From Heteronotia binoei (Eukaryota): DNA of 64,000 nt. Below are positions 25,250 to 38,429 of the stretch, piece by piece. The notes under the pieces are model-generated. The model was not told the DNA's origin. It ran no database searches and saw nothing but the letters and a program-made list of their open reading frames with translations. Location: contig NC_083231.1 in assembly GCF_032191835.1 (NCBI RefSeq), forward strand, positions 78,306,001 to 78,370,000, given 5' to 3'. Numbering within the stretch: position 1 is the stretch's first letter; every line of letters begins with the position of its first letter. The position numbers and the translations under genes are program-made.

Positions 25250-25838
25250 TCCCTCAAAGGCCAAAATGGGCCTGGAAAGGGCCTCCCCCCTACTTTTTAC
25301 TGACAGAACCAAGTTTGGAATACTATGGTTGTCTAGCAACAGCCACTGAGGGAAAAGTGAGTGTGGTGTAAGAATGGAGGACCAGGTGGAAGGGGCCAGT
25401 AGGATATAAAGACAGCTTCTGCAGTGGCTCCATCCTCGGCTGTCCTGGAGTTGGAGGGATTGAGTGACAAGCAACTCAGCCCAAGGGAGGGTAGGTGAGT
25501 CATCACCAGTACAGCTTGCCTTTTAGATATAGATATATAGGATGCCCAGTATGGCATTCATGGAGATACATTAGTTTGAGGTGATGCGAAGTGACTTGAA
25601 TGTTCTGTCTATAGCGTTAACAGTCCATTCACACAGACAGGTCATCACTTGTTCTTGAAGTCATCAAGAGATCAACTTGCAAGTGTGAACTGGTCCCCTC
25701 CCAGGACTTGGATGCAAGCTTCCAGGATCTGTCTTTTGTTATGGACTTATTAGGTAGTTCTGAAAAAAATAAAACCACAATAAATTGGATCCAGCAAGGA
25801 AAATGTACTCTAACTCAGTTCTGGTGGCATAAGCAACA
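25250..25838 (+). mobile_element. Possible degenerate solo LTR
   Basis: TATA-like GGATATAAAG, downstream AATAAA, ends ...GTGGCATAAGCAACA; no TG start or TSD found. Confidence 0.3.
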
Positions 25839-28800
25839 GAACAAGGGCCACAACAACATATAGTTAATTTTAAAAAATAATAAAACATCAATGTGTAAAT
25901 GAAACATCAGAACACACAACAGATAGTTTACATGATTTTTTTTAATTTGCTTTTGAAATTCTAAGAAAAGAAATACCTTGTGCTAGGTCTTGTGCGCATG
26001 GAAAAGATAGTGGGAATACAAACACTTTCACTTAGAGGAAGACAATGGCTGGGGTAATTTTAGTGTTTTGGCTTGCTCACGCACAATTGGCTGGGTAGGG
26101 TCTTCTGAGGAATACAACACCATCTGTTAAACCTAAATGCTCTAATATGGAAACATCCTAAAGAAACTCACTGGATTTGCTCTTCTGAAGTAATATTTTA
26201 GAAATCTAAATGGTTAATCCAACATATGCACAGTGAGAATAATCATAATGTGAAAGTGTTTCTCGGATGAACACAGGAGAGATTACAGCAATTTCTAAAT
26301 GATAAACTGTAGTTGTAAAAATATATCTATGTGAAATTAGCTATTTATTTTGAACTTCATTTTGATGCTAGTTCAAAATTCCAATACATTCTCAGCTAAA
26401 TTCCATCAAAACATTTTCTCCAAAAATGTAATTTAAACAATGGAAGGCAGGAGCAGTCAGGCACTCCTCCATCCGGGATGGATTCAGCTCAGCTAAGAAT
26501 CCCATTTCCAAAGGGATTCACATCTGTATTGAATTTGTTACTGTTGTTTATGCTGTTTTAGAATTCATATGAGCCTCTCTAGGAGCCAATTTTGGCTTAA
26601 ACAACAGGATAAATATATAACAATATAGTGAACAAATAAATTTTAAAAATTAGTGCTATAAATGCAGCAACCAAGGCAATGTGATGTTCAGCTTTCATAG
26701 TCAAAGAATACCAGGCAGCCACATAACTTCTTCAATCCGCATTTTATTCTTTTCAAAACTCCACGTCTATAGTCTGATGGCTAATACTGATGCTCACCAG
26801 CAACATCATGTTCCTAAGAGGACAACATTCTCCATCTAAAAAAAGAAACCCCTCAGCCCCACAAAAATCCATCAAACCAAAACATAATTTTAAATCTATT
26901 AAACAAAACCCTACACTTGCATGCATGATCTCCCATCCAGGAGGTAAAGCAAGAGAGAAAATAAATCACAAGTGACAGATGTTAGTCACACTATTTAACA
27001 CACGATAGGAAGGCATTCATACTGTGGGGATGTGAGTATGGAAACAAGAAAGGATGGATGGACAGCAAAGGTTGTGTCAGAGTGAGTATTCTAGCCCAGA
27101 GCTCTTGGCCTCCAGTTAGCTGCCCTTGAAGTTCACTTATGAGGAAGATGACTTGACTTCCTGCTTCCTCTTCTGCTCCCTCCCTAAACAGAAGAATTGT
27201 TCAAACTTTAAAATAGGAATTTTTAAGCCTCTGCTTCTGTCCTTGTTCTATAACTAACATGGTAATAACTACAGTCTCTTTAAGTTAAAATCAAACCACA
27301 GTAGAGATGTTAAACCATAAAGGTACGGTGAAGAAAAAGAACAAGCAATGGTTTCTCCACTGGAAAATCCAGATTTTATGAATGAACACTCTTAATGAAG
27401 CTGTTTTGCTGAAATCGTATGGGGGGGAAATATATTTGACTTTTCTGATTTTAAAATGTCTGACATACATGCCGTTGACTTAGAAGACAAACACACTTGC
27501 CTTCCTGTAGGCTTTTTTAAAATGTACCCAACAGGAAAGTGTGACTTTAGGTGTGAAGGTACTAGAAACAGGAAAGGCACAAAATGTTAAGGGGTCTGTG
27601 TGTACTGTTAGGTCCTCAGCTCTTCTCTAGAAGAAAAGATAGGGAGGGGAACATAAATTACCTTGAAGTGGCAATATCTTGGGAACTATAGGGACTATGA
27701 GGGTTTGCCATTCACTTCAGCAGACTGTGAGCCCTTTTGCGTTTTTAACACCTTTGCCCTGGCAGCACAAATGAAGCTCTGGAGTGGCATAAATTCTTTG
27801 GTCTATTTGGATATAATCAAGAAGGAAACAAAAGTTCCCTTCAGTATCCTACTACGGTCACTGTCTGCTTATATAATAACCAACAATCATTGCTTAATAT
27901 TTAACAATATTAACTTAACTGGATATTAATCTTTAAGCACAAGGCATTTCACAAGCACATACAGTTCCTTTACATAATCAGATATATAAACCAAAACATT
28001 TTACCAGAATGAAGACAAAAGAACAAAGTAAGCTGGGCTTCCTCAGATATGTACATTTTCTAATATATCAATTTTCTCTGGTTCTCAAACTTATTTCTGT
28101 GTTAAAATTAATTGTAATATATACATCCCCACCCTGCAAATATCCACAATCAGTTTGCTAAGGCAGAGTCTGAGGCAGCAGGAAGGCCTTTAAATTGGGA
28201 GCTACCAGCATCTTTTGAGCTTTTATCAGTTCTTTTTTTTAACAAAAAGAGAAGGGAAGCAAACATTATCTATTGTTAATTACCTGTAAAGTAGGGCTTT
28301 AGCCACTTCCCCTGTTCCTAAGAGCTCTGAAGTGAAACCTGAAAGAAGCCACCCATTGTTTTCAATTGTGCAAGAGCCAGAAGCAAATAGGGCTCAGATT
28401 GCAGCTCTAAAAGGCAACAGGAAATTGGCATACAGCTAATCTGCCCTGAACTATTCATAGTAACAAAAGGCTACATTCCTACTAAAACATTCCCCATTAG
28501 AAACCCAAGGCAGATCTGTTGAGGAACGACCACAGAATAAATTCGTGGAAATAAAAGCTTTTTAATTAAAAGACTCTGGGATCTAGGCATTAATTCCTCA
28601 CCATGAAAGTAACATGTATTATTTATGTCTCCCATTCTGCTAGAGAAAAGCCAGATACTCAAAAGCATTGTCATTTTTCTAACTATCTTTGCACCATGAT
28701 CCCCAAAAGAAATAGGATATGCAACTTCATGGGCAACCTTGGGGTATAATTTGTATAGCCTAGGTATAATTTATCTTTCCCAGCAGTGGTTGTTTTACAC

Positions 28801-30197
28801 TCTATTGCAAGCAGGAATCAGGACACTAAATTTGCCAAAAGCAACACGGCCTTTTATTTAATAAGGGGTAAAAAACAATATGAAGTTCGGAAACTCCTTT
28901 CAAAACCATTTGCTGTACTCTGGTATGACAATATGCATTTGAACATATCACAGAGTCACCTACACAAGCTTCCAAATTTAGAACTGCACTATTTAATTAG
29001 TAACTTCTGGCAGTTACTTTACTTCATTTAATTTCTAAAGTATACAGCCCTAATAACTTACAGTACATTTTATGCATGTTTACTCAGGAGTGAATCCCAT
29101 TTTATTCAATGAGGCTTACTCCTAAGTAAGTGTGTTTAGGCCAGCTGTTCTGTACCACTACAATCATAAGAAATCGCAATCCTTGTGTATTTTAATTCCA
29201 TAATATTCTAATTCTGTGTACAAGAGAATTAATACAAGAGTATGCAAGTCTCTTACTAAACTTGAAATTTCACAATTTAACCTTTGTTATTTTCAGGTCT
29301 AGAATCATAACCAGTCTAGTTCTAACTGCACTACCACATTTCTTTCATGCCTTTTTTTTGGATATCGATGTAACATTGGATGTAAAATATACAGGTATAA
29401 TTTTAAAATGTGAATAGCAGTCACTAGAACACTGAAATGAGCTGGTGGATGTCTTTTTCTTGTGGGCAGATAGATATATTTGTAATTCCAATTTGTAAAA
29501 AAAGAGACATATTCCTGAGGTATGGCTTTTGCTACACTTAGAAGAAAGCAGTTATTAGTTTTTTTAATCAAAAAATAATATTGGAAAACACAGAATGTAG
29601 GATGAGTTTGGCATGCTTGCATAGATGCAGGAATTTTTTTTACAGAGTCCCTTGAGTAAACTTCTTTAGCCTTCATCCCTTCCTGAGGTAACCAATGTAA
29701 ATTGCCTTTGGCAATTGGAACTAGATTTCTTCTGCTCATTAAGAATTAATCAAAATATGAAAGATCCTTTAGGGTAGTTAAAATTGACTAAGAATTTCTC
29801 ATGCTGTCAGATCTCTAAAGGAATTTTCAAGTGGTCTCTAAGTAAGGCCTGCATATTTTCTTCTGTCAGAGAGACAGCACAACAGTTCTCCAAACCATAA
29901 TAATTAGTCACACAATACATTCAGTTATGTGCAGCTTTGGAAGGTGACAATGATAAATCCGCATGCAAGAGCTTATTGTTTGCATTGTCTTCTTACTGAG
30001 TCATTCCACTTAGGAGCCTTTGGAGCCTCAGGACCAATTTCTGCATCCAGACTGGTGTATTGAGAAAATGATTTAGAACTTAGTGCTTGCTGCAATACTT
30101 GTGTGACTGCTTCGCTATGTGCCCAGTTCCCAACATACCCATTACACAATTGCCCCCACAGATGGAAGCAAGAGACAGACACAAGGGTTTGGGTAAC

Positions 30198-30224
30198 TAA
30201 TAATAATAATAATAATAATAATAA
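30198..30224. repeat. (TAA)9 microsatellite, the L2 3' tail
   Basis: Directly visible. Confidence 0.95.
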
Positions 30225-30494
30225 ATTTTATTTGTACCCCGCCCTCCCCCGCCGAAGCAGGCTCAGGGCGGCTAACAACACAGTGACCAATGGTACATTA
30301 ATAAATAAAACATTAATAAACAACATAGTAACCAATGGTGCATTAATTAAAACCATTACATTAAGAACATTAAATTAAGCATTAACTCAACCTTAAAAAC
30401 CAGTAGAACATTAATTAAAACAAACTATAACATTATCATTGACGCTATTCTAGTTAGTGCTAATGGCGGATTTTCTTCGTTGTAAAATTGTACT

Positions 30495-30910
30495 TCAGCT
30501 GTTCATAAAAGCTAATTTAAAAAGAGTGGTCTTGCAGGCCCTGCGGAACTGATCAAGGTTCCGCAGGGCCCGCACCTCCTCTGGAAGTTGGTTCCAGAGA
30601 TATGGGGCCGCAGCCGAGAAGGCCCGTGAGCGGGTGTTCTGTAGTTTAACTTCTCTTGGCCCAAGGGTAGTCAGTCTGTTTTTTCCTACTGACCTCAGTG
30701 CTCTCTGGGGCTCATACGGGGAGAGGCGGTCCTTCAGGTAGGCCGGACCTCGGCCATATAGGGCTTTAAAGGTAATAACCAGCACTTTGTACTGGACCCG
30801 GAATACAATCGGCAACCAGTGCAGCTCGCGTAGCCCCGGCCGTACATGTTCCCATCTTGGGAGACCAAGCAGCAGCCTGGCCGCTGCGTTCTGCACTAGT
30901 TGTAATTTCA
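30495..30910 (-). pseudogene. C-terminal continuation of L2 ORF2 after a 1-bp frameshift
   Basis: KLQLVQNAAARLL...LHWLPI..RVQYK...RAFSAAAPYLWNQLP, the typical L2 ORF2 C-terminus, in a frame shifted from the upstream ORF at ACC-TG-AAA. Confidence 0.9.
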
Positions 30911-33523
30911 GGTCCGGCACAGAGGCAGCCCCATGTAGAGGGCGTTACAGTAGTCCAGTCGTGAGGTGAGCGTCGCATGGATCACCGTCGCTAGGTCCCG
31001 ACGCTCCAGGAAAGGGGCCAACTGCTTCGCCCGCCTCAGATGGAAGAATGCTGACTTGGCAGTGGCTGTTATCTGGGCCTCCATTGATAATGAAGGCTCC
31101 AGCAGGACACCCAGACTCTTCACCCGCTGCGCCGCCTTTAGCTGCACACCATCGAAGGTCGGGAGGGATATTTCCCTTCCTGGAGCGCCGCGACCCACAC
31201 AGAGAACCTCTGTCTTTGCCGGATTTAACTTCAGCCCACTCAGTCTAAGCCACGTTGCGATAGCCCGTAACGCCCGATCCAAGTCTCCCGGGGCGGAGGC
31301 GGGCCGGCCGTCCATTAGCAGATAGAGCTGGGTGTCATCAGCATATTGATGGCAGCCCAGCCCAAACCTCCTGGCAATCTGGGCAAGGGGGCGCATATAG
31401 ATGTTAAATAACATCGGGGAGAGAACTGCTCCCTGAGGCACCCCACAATCTAGTGTGTGCCTCTGGGATCGTTCTCCCCCAATCACCACCCTTTGTCCCC
31501 GACCCATGAGGAAGGAGGAGAGCCATTGTAAAGCAGACCCCTTAACCCCAATGTCGGCGAGGCGGTGGATTAGTAGCTGATGGTCGACTGTATCAAATGC
31601 AGCCGACAGATCTAATAACATCAGCACCGCTACACCGCCTCGATCCAGTTGCCGTTGGAGGTCATCTGCCAAGGCGACCAAGACCGTCTCTGTCCCGTGA
31701 CCCGGTCGGAAGCCAGACTGGCACGGGTCCAGGACAGAAGCGTCATCTAGAAATCTCTGTAGCTGCAACGCCACTGCCCTCTCGATAATTTTACCTAAAA
31801 ATGGTAAAGTAGACACCGGTCGGTAATTTGCCAATTCGGCCGGGTCTGCTGTAGATTTTTTCAGGAGGGGACGGACCAAGGCCTCTTTCAGAGGCGTTGG
31901 AAAGCGCCCCTCTAAGAGGGATCTATTTATGATGCCCCGTAGAGGACATCTAAGCTCCCTCTGGCAAGATTTAATCAGCCAAGAGGGGCAAGGGTCCAGA
32001 TCACATGTTGTTGGGCGAGCAGCAGAAAGAATTCCATCAACTTCTTCCAGGCTGAGTGGGTCGAAGTGGTCCAGCAGTAAATCTGAAGACAGGCGCGGAG
32101 CCTCAGTTTCACTCACTGTATCTAATGTGATAGGCAGGTCTTGGCGGAGTGACGAGATTTTATCTGCAAAATATTTCGCAAATGCCTCACAGCCTATCTC
32201 CAATTCTCTAACATTTGGTTTGCCTTGTGGCAGTGTTACAAGATCTCCAATTACCCTAAACAATTGTGCTGGGCGCGAATTTGCAGATGCAATCTTGGCT
32301 GCAAAGTATTGTTTCTTTGCAGCCTTGACTGCCATCTCATATGACTTCATAAACGTTCTATAGGATGTTCTCGTCACTTCGTCCTGAGTATGCCTCCACC
32401 GCCTCTCTAGTCGTCTGAGCCCTTGCTTCAGCTGGCGTAACTCCAAGGTGTACCATGGAGCCAGCCTCATGCGAGGGCGCAGAGGGCGCCGGGGTGCAAT
32501 TTCGTCAATGGCCCTGGATAGTTGGTCTTGCCAGACTTCCACCAGGTCATCGAGGGAATCGCCAGTGGGCCAGGGATCCCTCAGGGCCGTTTGGAACCGT
32601 TCCGGGTCCATCAGGCCCCGAGGGCGAGCCAAAATAGGCTCTCCGCCCATACAGGGTTGGGGTGACATCTCCATACGGGCCTTAAGGGCTAGGTGATCCG
32701 ACCATGGAACCGCTTCATCTGCGATATCGTTCACCAAAATCCCAGACGCAAAGATCAGGTCTAGTGTGTGTCCAGCCTGATGCGTGGGTGTTGTGACAAG
32801 TTGAGAGAGTCCTAGTGTCGCCATGGAAGACACTAGGTCCATCGCCTGAGTGGAGGCCGTGTCATCGGCATGGACATTGAAGTCACCCAGGACCATAAGC
32901 CCTGGGTACTCCAATGCCCAGCCCGCCACTGCCTCCAATAGTGATGGTAAGGCGCTGGCTGGTGCGTTAGGCGGACGGTACACCAGCCAGATCGCCAACC
33001 CCTCTCCAACATCCCACCACAGACCGACACATTCGATGCCATCGATCTTTGGGGCCGGGAGAGCCCGAAAGGAGTAAGCCTCCCATATGAATAATGCCAC
33101 TCCTCCCCCCCACCCGTTACTCCGTGACTGGTGGAAGACCGAGTAGCCTGGGGGGGTCATCTGGGAGAGCGCTACTGTCTCTCCGTCCCGCACCCAGGTC
33201 TCGGTCACGCAAGCCAGGTCCACGTCCTGCCGGAGCAAGAACTCCTTAAGGGTCGAGGTCTTATTATTGATGGACCTGGCGTTGCATAACACCAGTGACG
33301 GAGACGAGCATTTCCTCTTAGGCCCACTACCTGTCACCGTTGGGATGGGCAATAGACTGGAAGGTGGCCGAGCACTGATTTGTCTCTGTCTCCTTCCCTT
33401 ATATGATTGTCTATTCCCACCGCTAAGGGCCACTTTCTTTATTATTAAATTAACAACAAGGGCTATAAACATAACAGGCAGCACGACAGGGCCAGGGGAT
33501 GAAATACCCCTTCCCTGCCGCAT
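30908..33523 (-). CDS. L2 LINE ORF2 (endonuclease plus reverse transcriptase), 871 aa up to a frameshift
   Basis: APE motifs LCNARSINNK, VTETW, VYRPP, GDFNVH, TLDLIF, SDH; RT motifs DLSAAFDTVDH, GVPQGAVLSP, YADD. Confidence 0.93.
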   Translation of the reverse strand: MRQGRGISSPGPVVLPVMFIALVVNLIIKKVALSGGNRQSYKGRRQRQISARPPSSLLPIPTVTGSGPKRKCSSPSLVLCNARSINNKTSTLKEFLLRQDVDLACVTETWVRDGETVALSQMTPPGYSVFHQSRSNGWGGGVALFIWEAYSFRALPAPKIDGIECVGLWWDVGEGLAIWLVYRPPNAPASALPSLLEAVAGWALEYPGLMVLGDFNVHADDTASTQAMDLVSSMATLGLSQLVTTPTHQAGHTLDLIFASGILVNDIADEAVPWSDHLALKARMEMSPQPCMGGEPILARPRGLMDPERFQTALRDPWPTGDSLDDLVEVWQDQLSRAIDEIAPRRPLRPRMRLAPWYTLELRQLKQGLRRLERRWRHTQDEVTRTSYRTFMKSYEMAVKAAKKQYFAAKIASANSRPAQLFRVIGDLVTLPQGKPNVRELEIGCEAFAKYFADKISSLRQDLPITLDTVSETEAPRLSSDLLLDHFDPLSLEEVDGILSAARPTTCDLDPCPSWLIKSCQRELRCPLRGIINRSLLEGRFPTPLKEALVRPLLKKSTADPAELANYRPVSTLPFLGKIIERAVALQLQRFLDDASVLDPCQSGFRPGHGTETVLVALADDLQRQLDRGGVAVLMLLDLSAAFDTVDHQLLIHRLADIGVKGSALQWLSSFLMGRGQRVVIGGERSQRHTLDCGVPQGAVLSPMLFNIYMRPLAQIARRFGLGCHQYADDTQLYLLMDGRPASAPGDLDRALRAIATWLRLSGLKLNPAKTEVLCVGRGAPGREISLPTFDGVQLKAAQRVKSLGVLLEPSLSMEAQITATAKSAFFHLRRAKQLAPFLERRDLATVIHATLTSRLDYCNALYMGLPLCRT

Positions 33524-34356
33524 GACGGGCGAGCCACCCTGCTCCTAGGTATAGCCAAAATGCATGGCTCGTACCCAGCCGGCCTAGCAAAGGTTATGCC
33601 CTGGAGTTCCAGCCCCCATCTGCACGGCTGAAGGGCAGATCAATACATGCAAACCCAAGGCAGTCCGCTAGTCCACACGGGCCAGGAATGATTTAGCTAG
33701 ACCCTGTGCCCCAAAACTGGGGTGCTATTGGTGCTCACCGAGCTGCATAACGGAAGTTAGGCAAAAAACCTAGCCAACCTGAAAGTGACCAGCCTACTTA
33801 AACCAGCCACACCCTAGCCAATTCCACAATCTCTTCTACAAGCAGTGTGAGGTAGGCGAAAAACATCACTTCCAACAGCCAAACAGGAAGAGATGAAAAA
33901 ATTCCTACCCGGTCCCCTATAAATTAAGAGCAACCAGCTATCGCCCACACTGCCTCAAGGGCGGGAGGGTGGGCCCAGCACAAGGCGAAGACTGGGAGGC
34001 AGAAGTGGAGACAGCCGTTAAGGAGTGCCTGCTCCGCCCTCACCTCCCATAATGCCCTGCCCACTCCTCCTCCTTACGAAGGGGCAGAACGGCCCCCGGA
34101 GACAAGGCTGTGCAGCCTGCCTCCGGTTGGGAGCCGCATTGTTCTGCATTCTCTGCAAATACACTTTCAATCTATTCTCAACTGGTCAGTTTACTTGTGT
34201 GAAATGGTCACCAGTAAACAATAAACATGTGTTCCATATGGCTCTTCCATAGTGTGTGTGTGGCGGTGGGGGGTAGGAAATTAAGAGGTGAGTTGGACAG
34301 TTTGTAACTGTGGAAGATAAGGAAGCCTGGGCCTTGTTTATCTGCAAATCAAAGTA

Positions 34357-34538
34357 CCGTATTTTTTGCACTATAAGACTCACTTTTCCCCCCCAAAAAA
34401 GTGGAGGGAAAAGTGTGTGCGTCTTAAGGAGCGAATACTGCAAAAAATTCACACAAATGCCTCTAAATTCACACAAACAGCTCTAAAAACTAGGTGCGTC
34501 TTATGCTCAGGTGCGTCTTATGGAGCGAAAAATACGGG
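34357..34538. mobile_element. Tc1/mariner (Tigger/pogo-type) MITE
   Basis: Terminal inverted repeats CCGTATTTTT(T)GC / GCGAAAAATACGG flanked by TA on both sides (34355-34356, 34539-34540). Confidence 0.85.
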
Positions 34539-35670
34539 TAAGTCATATATAAAAAGAAATAATTTCTGTATGTGGCAAGTCTTAACAAGTTTACCTTCCA
34601 TCCTCACTTACAAAGCCAAATATACCATGATTTGAATATTCAACATAAAACTTTCAAATACCTTAATGAAACGTCAAATAAATCCAAACTATCTGGCTTT
34701 TGATAAGATGCACAGAAGCCATATGATGGTCCTTACAATTTTAATAGTTTTCATAGATAGACGAATATACATCTTTCAAAGACCTGAGTAGATGCCACTT
34801 TCAGCATTTACCGCTGAAGGATATTTATCATGTTTTAGAAATAATTGTGAAAACAAGAATTACCTAATCAGACACTCAAGTACTAGTGCTTACCATTTAT
34901 TGTTGAAGTATGCAGTAAGATCTTAAAAGCAAAAATTAACAGTCCCACCTGAAGGATCAGAAGCCACCAAATCAGTATTATGTGGGATTTCCTAAAAGTT
35001 GTGTAATAAGGGGGCAATGCTGAGAGTTTAACCACATTGCTGGAGGCAGCACTTCCAACACAGTTTTGGACACTACACAACAGGATTTTTAAAAAGTGAG
35101 TCTCTTGTGGTTGTTGCTCAGCTGAATCTACACACAGCATCATGGTGCTAAAGGGTTGTAAACCATACTGGAAATAATCCCCCATATACAACCTTTCATT
35201 TAGCTGGGATTACAAATGCTTTGGAGACTGTGCATTTCTCCTGTAGGGGGGAATGCACATCTAGTCCATTGGTTTTTTTCAAGGGATCAGACATCAGTAA
35301 GGTTATCCTGTAACCCTGCTATTTACAGGCAAATGTGCTATTGAAAGGGACTTGTGATAAAGTCATACAAAGGCTAACATGGTTTAGGCACACACTGACT
35401 GATCATGCAGAAAAGTCTTAATACTAGGCAGCTTTTGCTTTGTTAAATGCACCTGCAGAGCAAATGGTTGGAATTTCCAAATACCACCCACATACAATGA
35501 TGCTGTGGTTAAAAAAGAGAGGAGAAACTTGGTCAAGGGTTCTGGTTAATCTTCATCCTCATTTTAATACTCATTGACAATGACTTTTAACTGTTTTTAA
35601 AGACTATCAAAAACACACCCGGAAGCTAAAAACACATTACTAATACAGCTTCTAACTAACATCATAATAG

Positions 35671-36198
35671 AACCAAGTGTGTTTGCATTAAGCCATTGCC
35701 AAAGCAGTGTACTGGACATGCTTCATTTATTTATGGGGAAAATCCACAAAGCCCAAACTGAATCCAAGGCATTACAATTGTCCATACACAAAGGCCAAAA
35801 TAAGGATGGGCATGAAATGTGAAAACGGTGGTTCATTGTTTTGTCCAAATTGGTGGTTTGGTTCATTTTTTAATCTTCTGAAGGAATTTGTGGTTCATTG
35901 GTTTGAGAGGACTAGAAAGTTCTGGTGCGCTGCAAACCAAGTGTGTTTGCATTAAGCCATTGCCAAAGCAGTGTACTGGACATGCTTCATTTATTTATGG
36001 GGAAAATCCACAAAGCCCAAACTGAATCCAAGGCATTACAATTGTCCATACACAAAGGCCAAAATAAGGATGGGCATGAAATGTGAAAACGGTGGTTCAT
36101 TGTTTTGTCCAAATTGGTGGTTTGGTTCATTTTTTAATCTTCTGAAGGAATTTGTGGTTCATTGGTTTGAGAGGACTAGAAAGTTCTGGTGCGCTGCA
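35671..36198. repeat. Exact 264-bp tandem duplication (35671-35934 / 35935-36198)
   Basis: I found no difference between the units; the ORF track gives translations with identical N-terminal sequence at 35707 and 35971 (offset 264). Confidence 0.95.
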
Positions 36199-36477
36199 AA
36201 CGTGCCTGATGTGATGACATCACGCGGAAGTGAAACTATCATGCCAGGCACGTTTTCCAGGGTGACATGTCTGTACAATAGCATGCCTTCTGGATGACAT
36301 CATCACATTGGCGTGGCAAGCAAGGAGGATCTCCCACCAATAACAACACAGATGAACTGCCCAAAAAACAAGCTGCTTCATTTTGCAAGTTGTGCATAGC
36401 ACAAGTACCCAAATTGATTTGGAATGAACCACAAATCAGCTATTTTAGGCGCAAATTGTGATTTGTGCCCATCTCTA
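36065..36477 (+). mobile_element. hAT MITE (TA(A/G)GATGGGCA termini)
   Basis: Termini TAAGGATGGGCA / TGCCCATCTCTA; 8-bp TSD GGCCAAAA at 36057-36064 and 36478-36485. Confidence 0.88.
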
Positions 36478-38429
36478 GGCCAAAATCAGCTCTGTAAAGT
36501 ATAACATACCCACATGCCAAGGATGCCAACGAATGTACACAGACAAGGTAATATTTTATTACTCATGTAAAAATGGGGGACATGTAAGTATTTCAGTAAC
36601 ACCTCATGAGGTAGAACAGAACATTTACTCGTCAGTGGAGTAGTTTCAGCTAAATTTCTTGGGACCTTCACTTTTAGGATTAGTAATGCCTTCCTTTTCA
36701 ATATTCTGGAAAAAAGGTGCAAACTGGCTGATGCAGAAGATTTCAAACTATAAGCAAAATAAGAAAACATATACAAGGGTCTGCTGGTTTATAACATGCT
36801 GGGATTGCCCATAGGTTTAACACATTTTCTTGGAATTTTCATCAAAATAAACTGCATTGTACAGTTCTGGGTTAGACAGAGTCAGAACAATTACAGTTTA
36901 AAATCAGCATTTTAGCTTAATATTCCAGCATTCTGAGTACTGCATAAGTGGCATTTCTCTTTGAGTGCAGTTTATCTGTTGTGAGGTCATTTGGAATAAT
37001 CATAATTGTTACAGGATGGGTTCTCCAGCCACATACTGACTGATGCAAGTCCCTTTTCAAGAACAGTATCTAACATATTGTTCATAGGCATGGAAGGCAG
37101 GACCCTGATATAGTGTATGTTCATTTGTTCATTATGAATAACATCATAGTCTCGAACACCTTCCCGATCCTCATGTAACCATATTCTGGCACTGTAATCA
37201 TAAAAGCAACAAAATATCTGTGAGTGATATGACACTTTCACCATGCAAAAAATGCTATTCCGAAAGCTCTGAACATTCAAAAAGAAAAGAATGTACAAGT
37301 AAAAAAATGTGTATTATGCAAAAAAAAATCAAATAATGTAGAAAGAATCTAAATTAAAGTACTACCACTATCAAAATATCATAGGACTATCTTTTGTTTG
37401 TGAAAGAGCACTAAAAGAGGAAAGTAACTGGAGAACTGAGAAATATTAAGCCTGTGCTTATATTAAAACTGTTGATAAACCTGAGACATGGACCCAATAT
37501 GGCAACTATACAGCAATAAATTGGTGAGCTATATGATTGCCATATCAGCTCCACTGCTGTCTGGAAGGATTTCAGATGATGACTGGCACCAATGAGTGAA
37601 TGGATTTAAATCCCTTTTGGTCTTTGTTGGTGATAAGCTTTCCAAGATTATATTTGTGCCATGTATTCAAAAAAGGTAGAAGTCTCTCCTAAAACACAGC
37701 AGCTCTTATGCATGTAGGGGACAGGTTCAGAAATGAAAACCATGAACAGAATCTTGTTTTTATGTTGTTCTTGCTTGATCAGTGTGCACGAGTATTGCAA
37801 AAGGTAATGTCAAACCAAGTTATGAGAAAGTGGCCTCTTCTACTGATAAACTTTCTGCCCTTAAAAATGTACCACTTTGAAGTCAAAGCAGAGTCACACC
37901 TTCCTAATTCCATTGAAATCAACAGGATTGGAAGAATGTAATTTTGCTTTGGATGTCATTGTAAGTTATAGTGGGTATTTTATCACAAATGTTTAAAATA
38001 AATGAGCCAACAAGAAACAATGAATGTGCCAACGTTGCTTCTGTCACAAAGGCTAAACTTGTTTCAATCTTCTATCTGCTGAAAGGGATATTAATCAACA
38101 GTGTGGTTATTACACAAACTATAAGTTTGAGAGATCATGTTTGGCAGTATGTGCTTTTCTGGAGAAATTTAAAATTATGAGGTAAGTCTGTATAAACATT
38201 TTAGTTTCCTGAATAACATAATCAGCACAATGTCCTAAAGCATTGCTGAGGCAAAGAGCTTTGAATATCTCAAGAGATGGAGCAGCTGCACTAAATCTTT
38301 AAGATCTGTGTAACCATTTGAAAGCTTATGGTTTTGAAGAAACAGGTGTAAACACCAGAGTGAAACAAAGCTACAGTTTAGGAATCAGAACTGCCCATAA
38401 GACAATATACTTTAGCACAACAAGATACT

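Larger units (their letters stand above)
30198..34140 (-). mobile_element. Near full-length young L2-clade LINE
   Basis: APE endonuclease plus RT ORF, 3' stem-loop, AATAAA and (TTA)n tail; GC/CpG-rich relative to flanks. 5' boundary approximate (GC-rich sequence stops near 34140); no TSD found. Confidence 0.92.

Noticed and set aside
30766-33548. Numerous short ORFs overlapping the L2
   Set aside because: Alternative-frame and antisense shadows of the GC-rich L2 ORF2.
35707-36297. Two ORFs with identical N-terminal translations suggesting a gene pair
   Set aside because: Consequence of the 264-bp duplication; they span flank plus MITE sequence.
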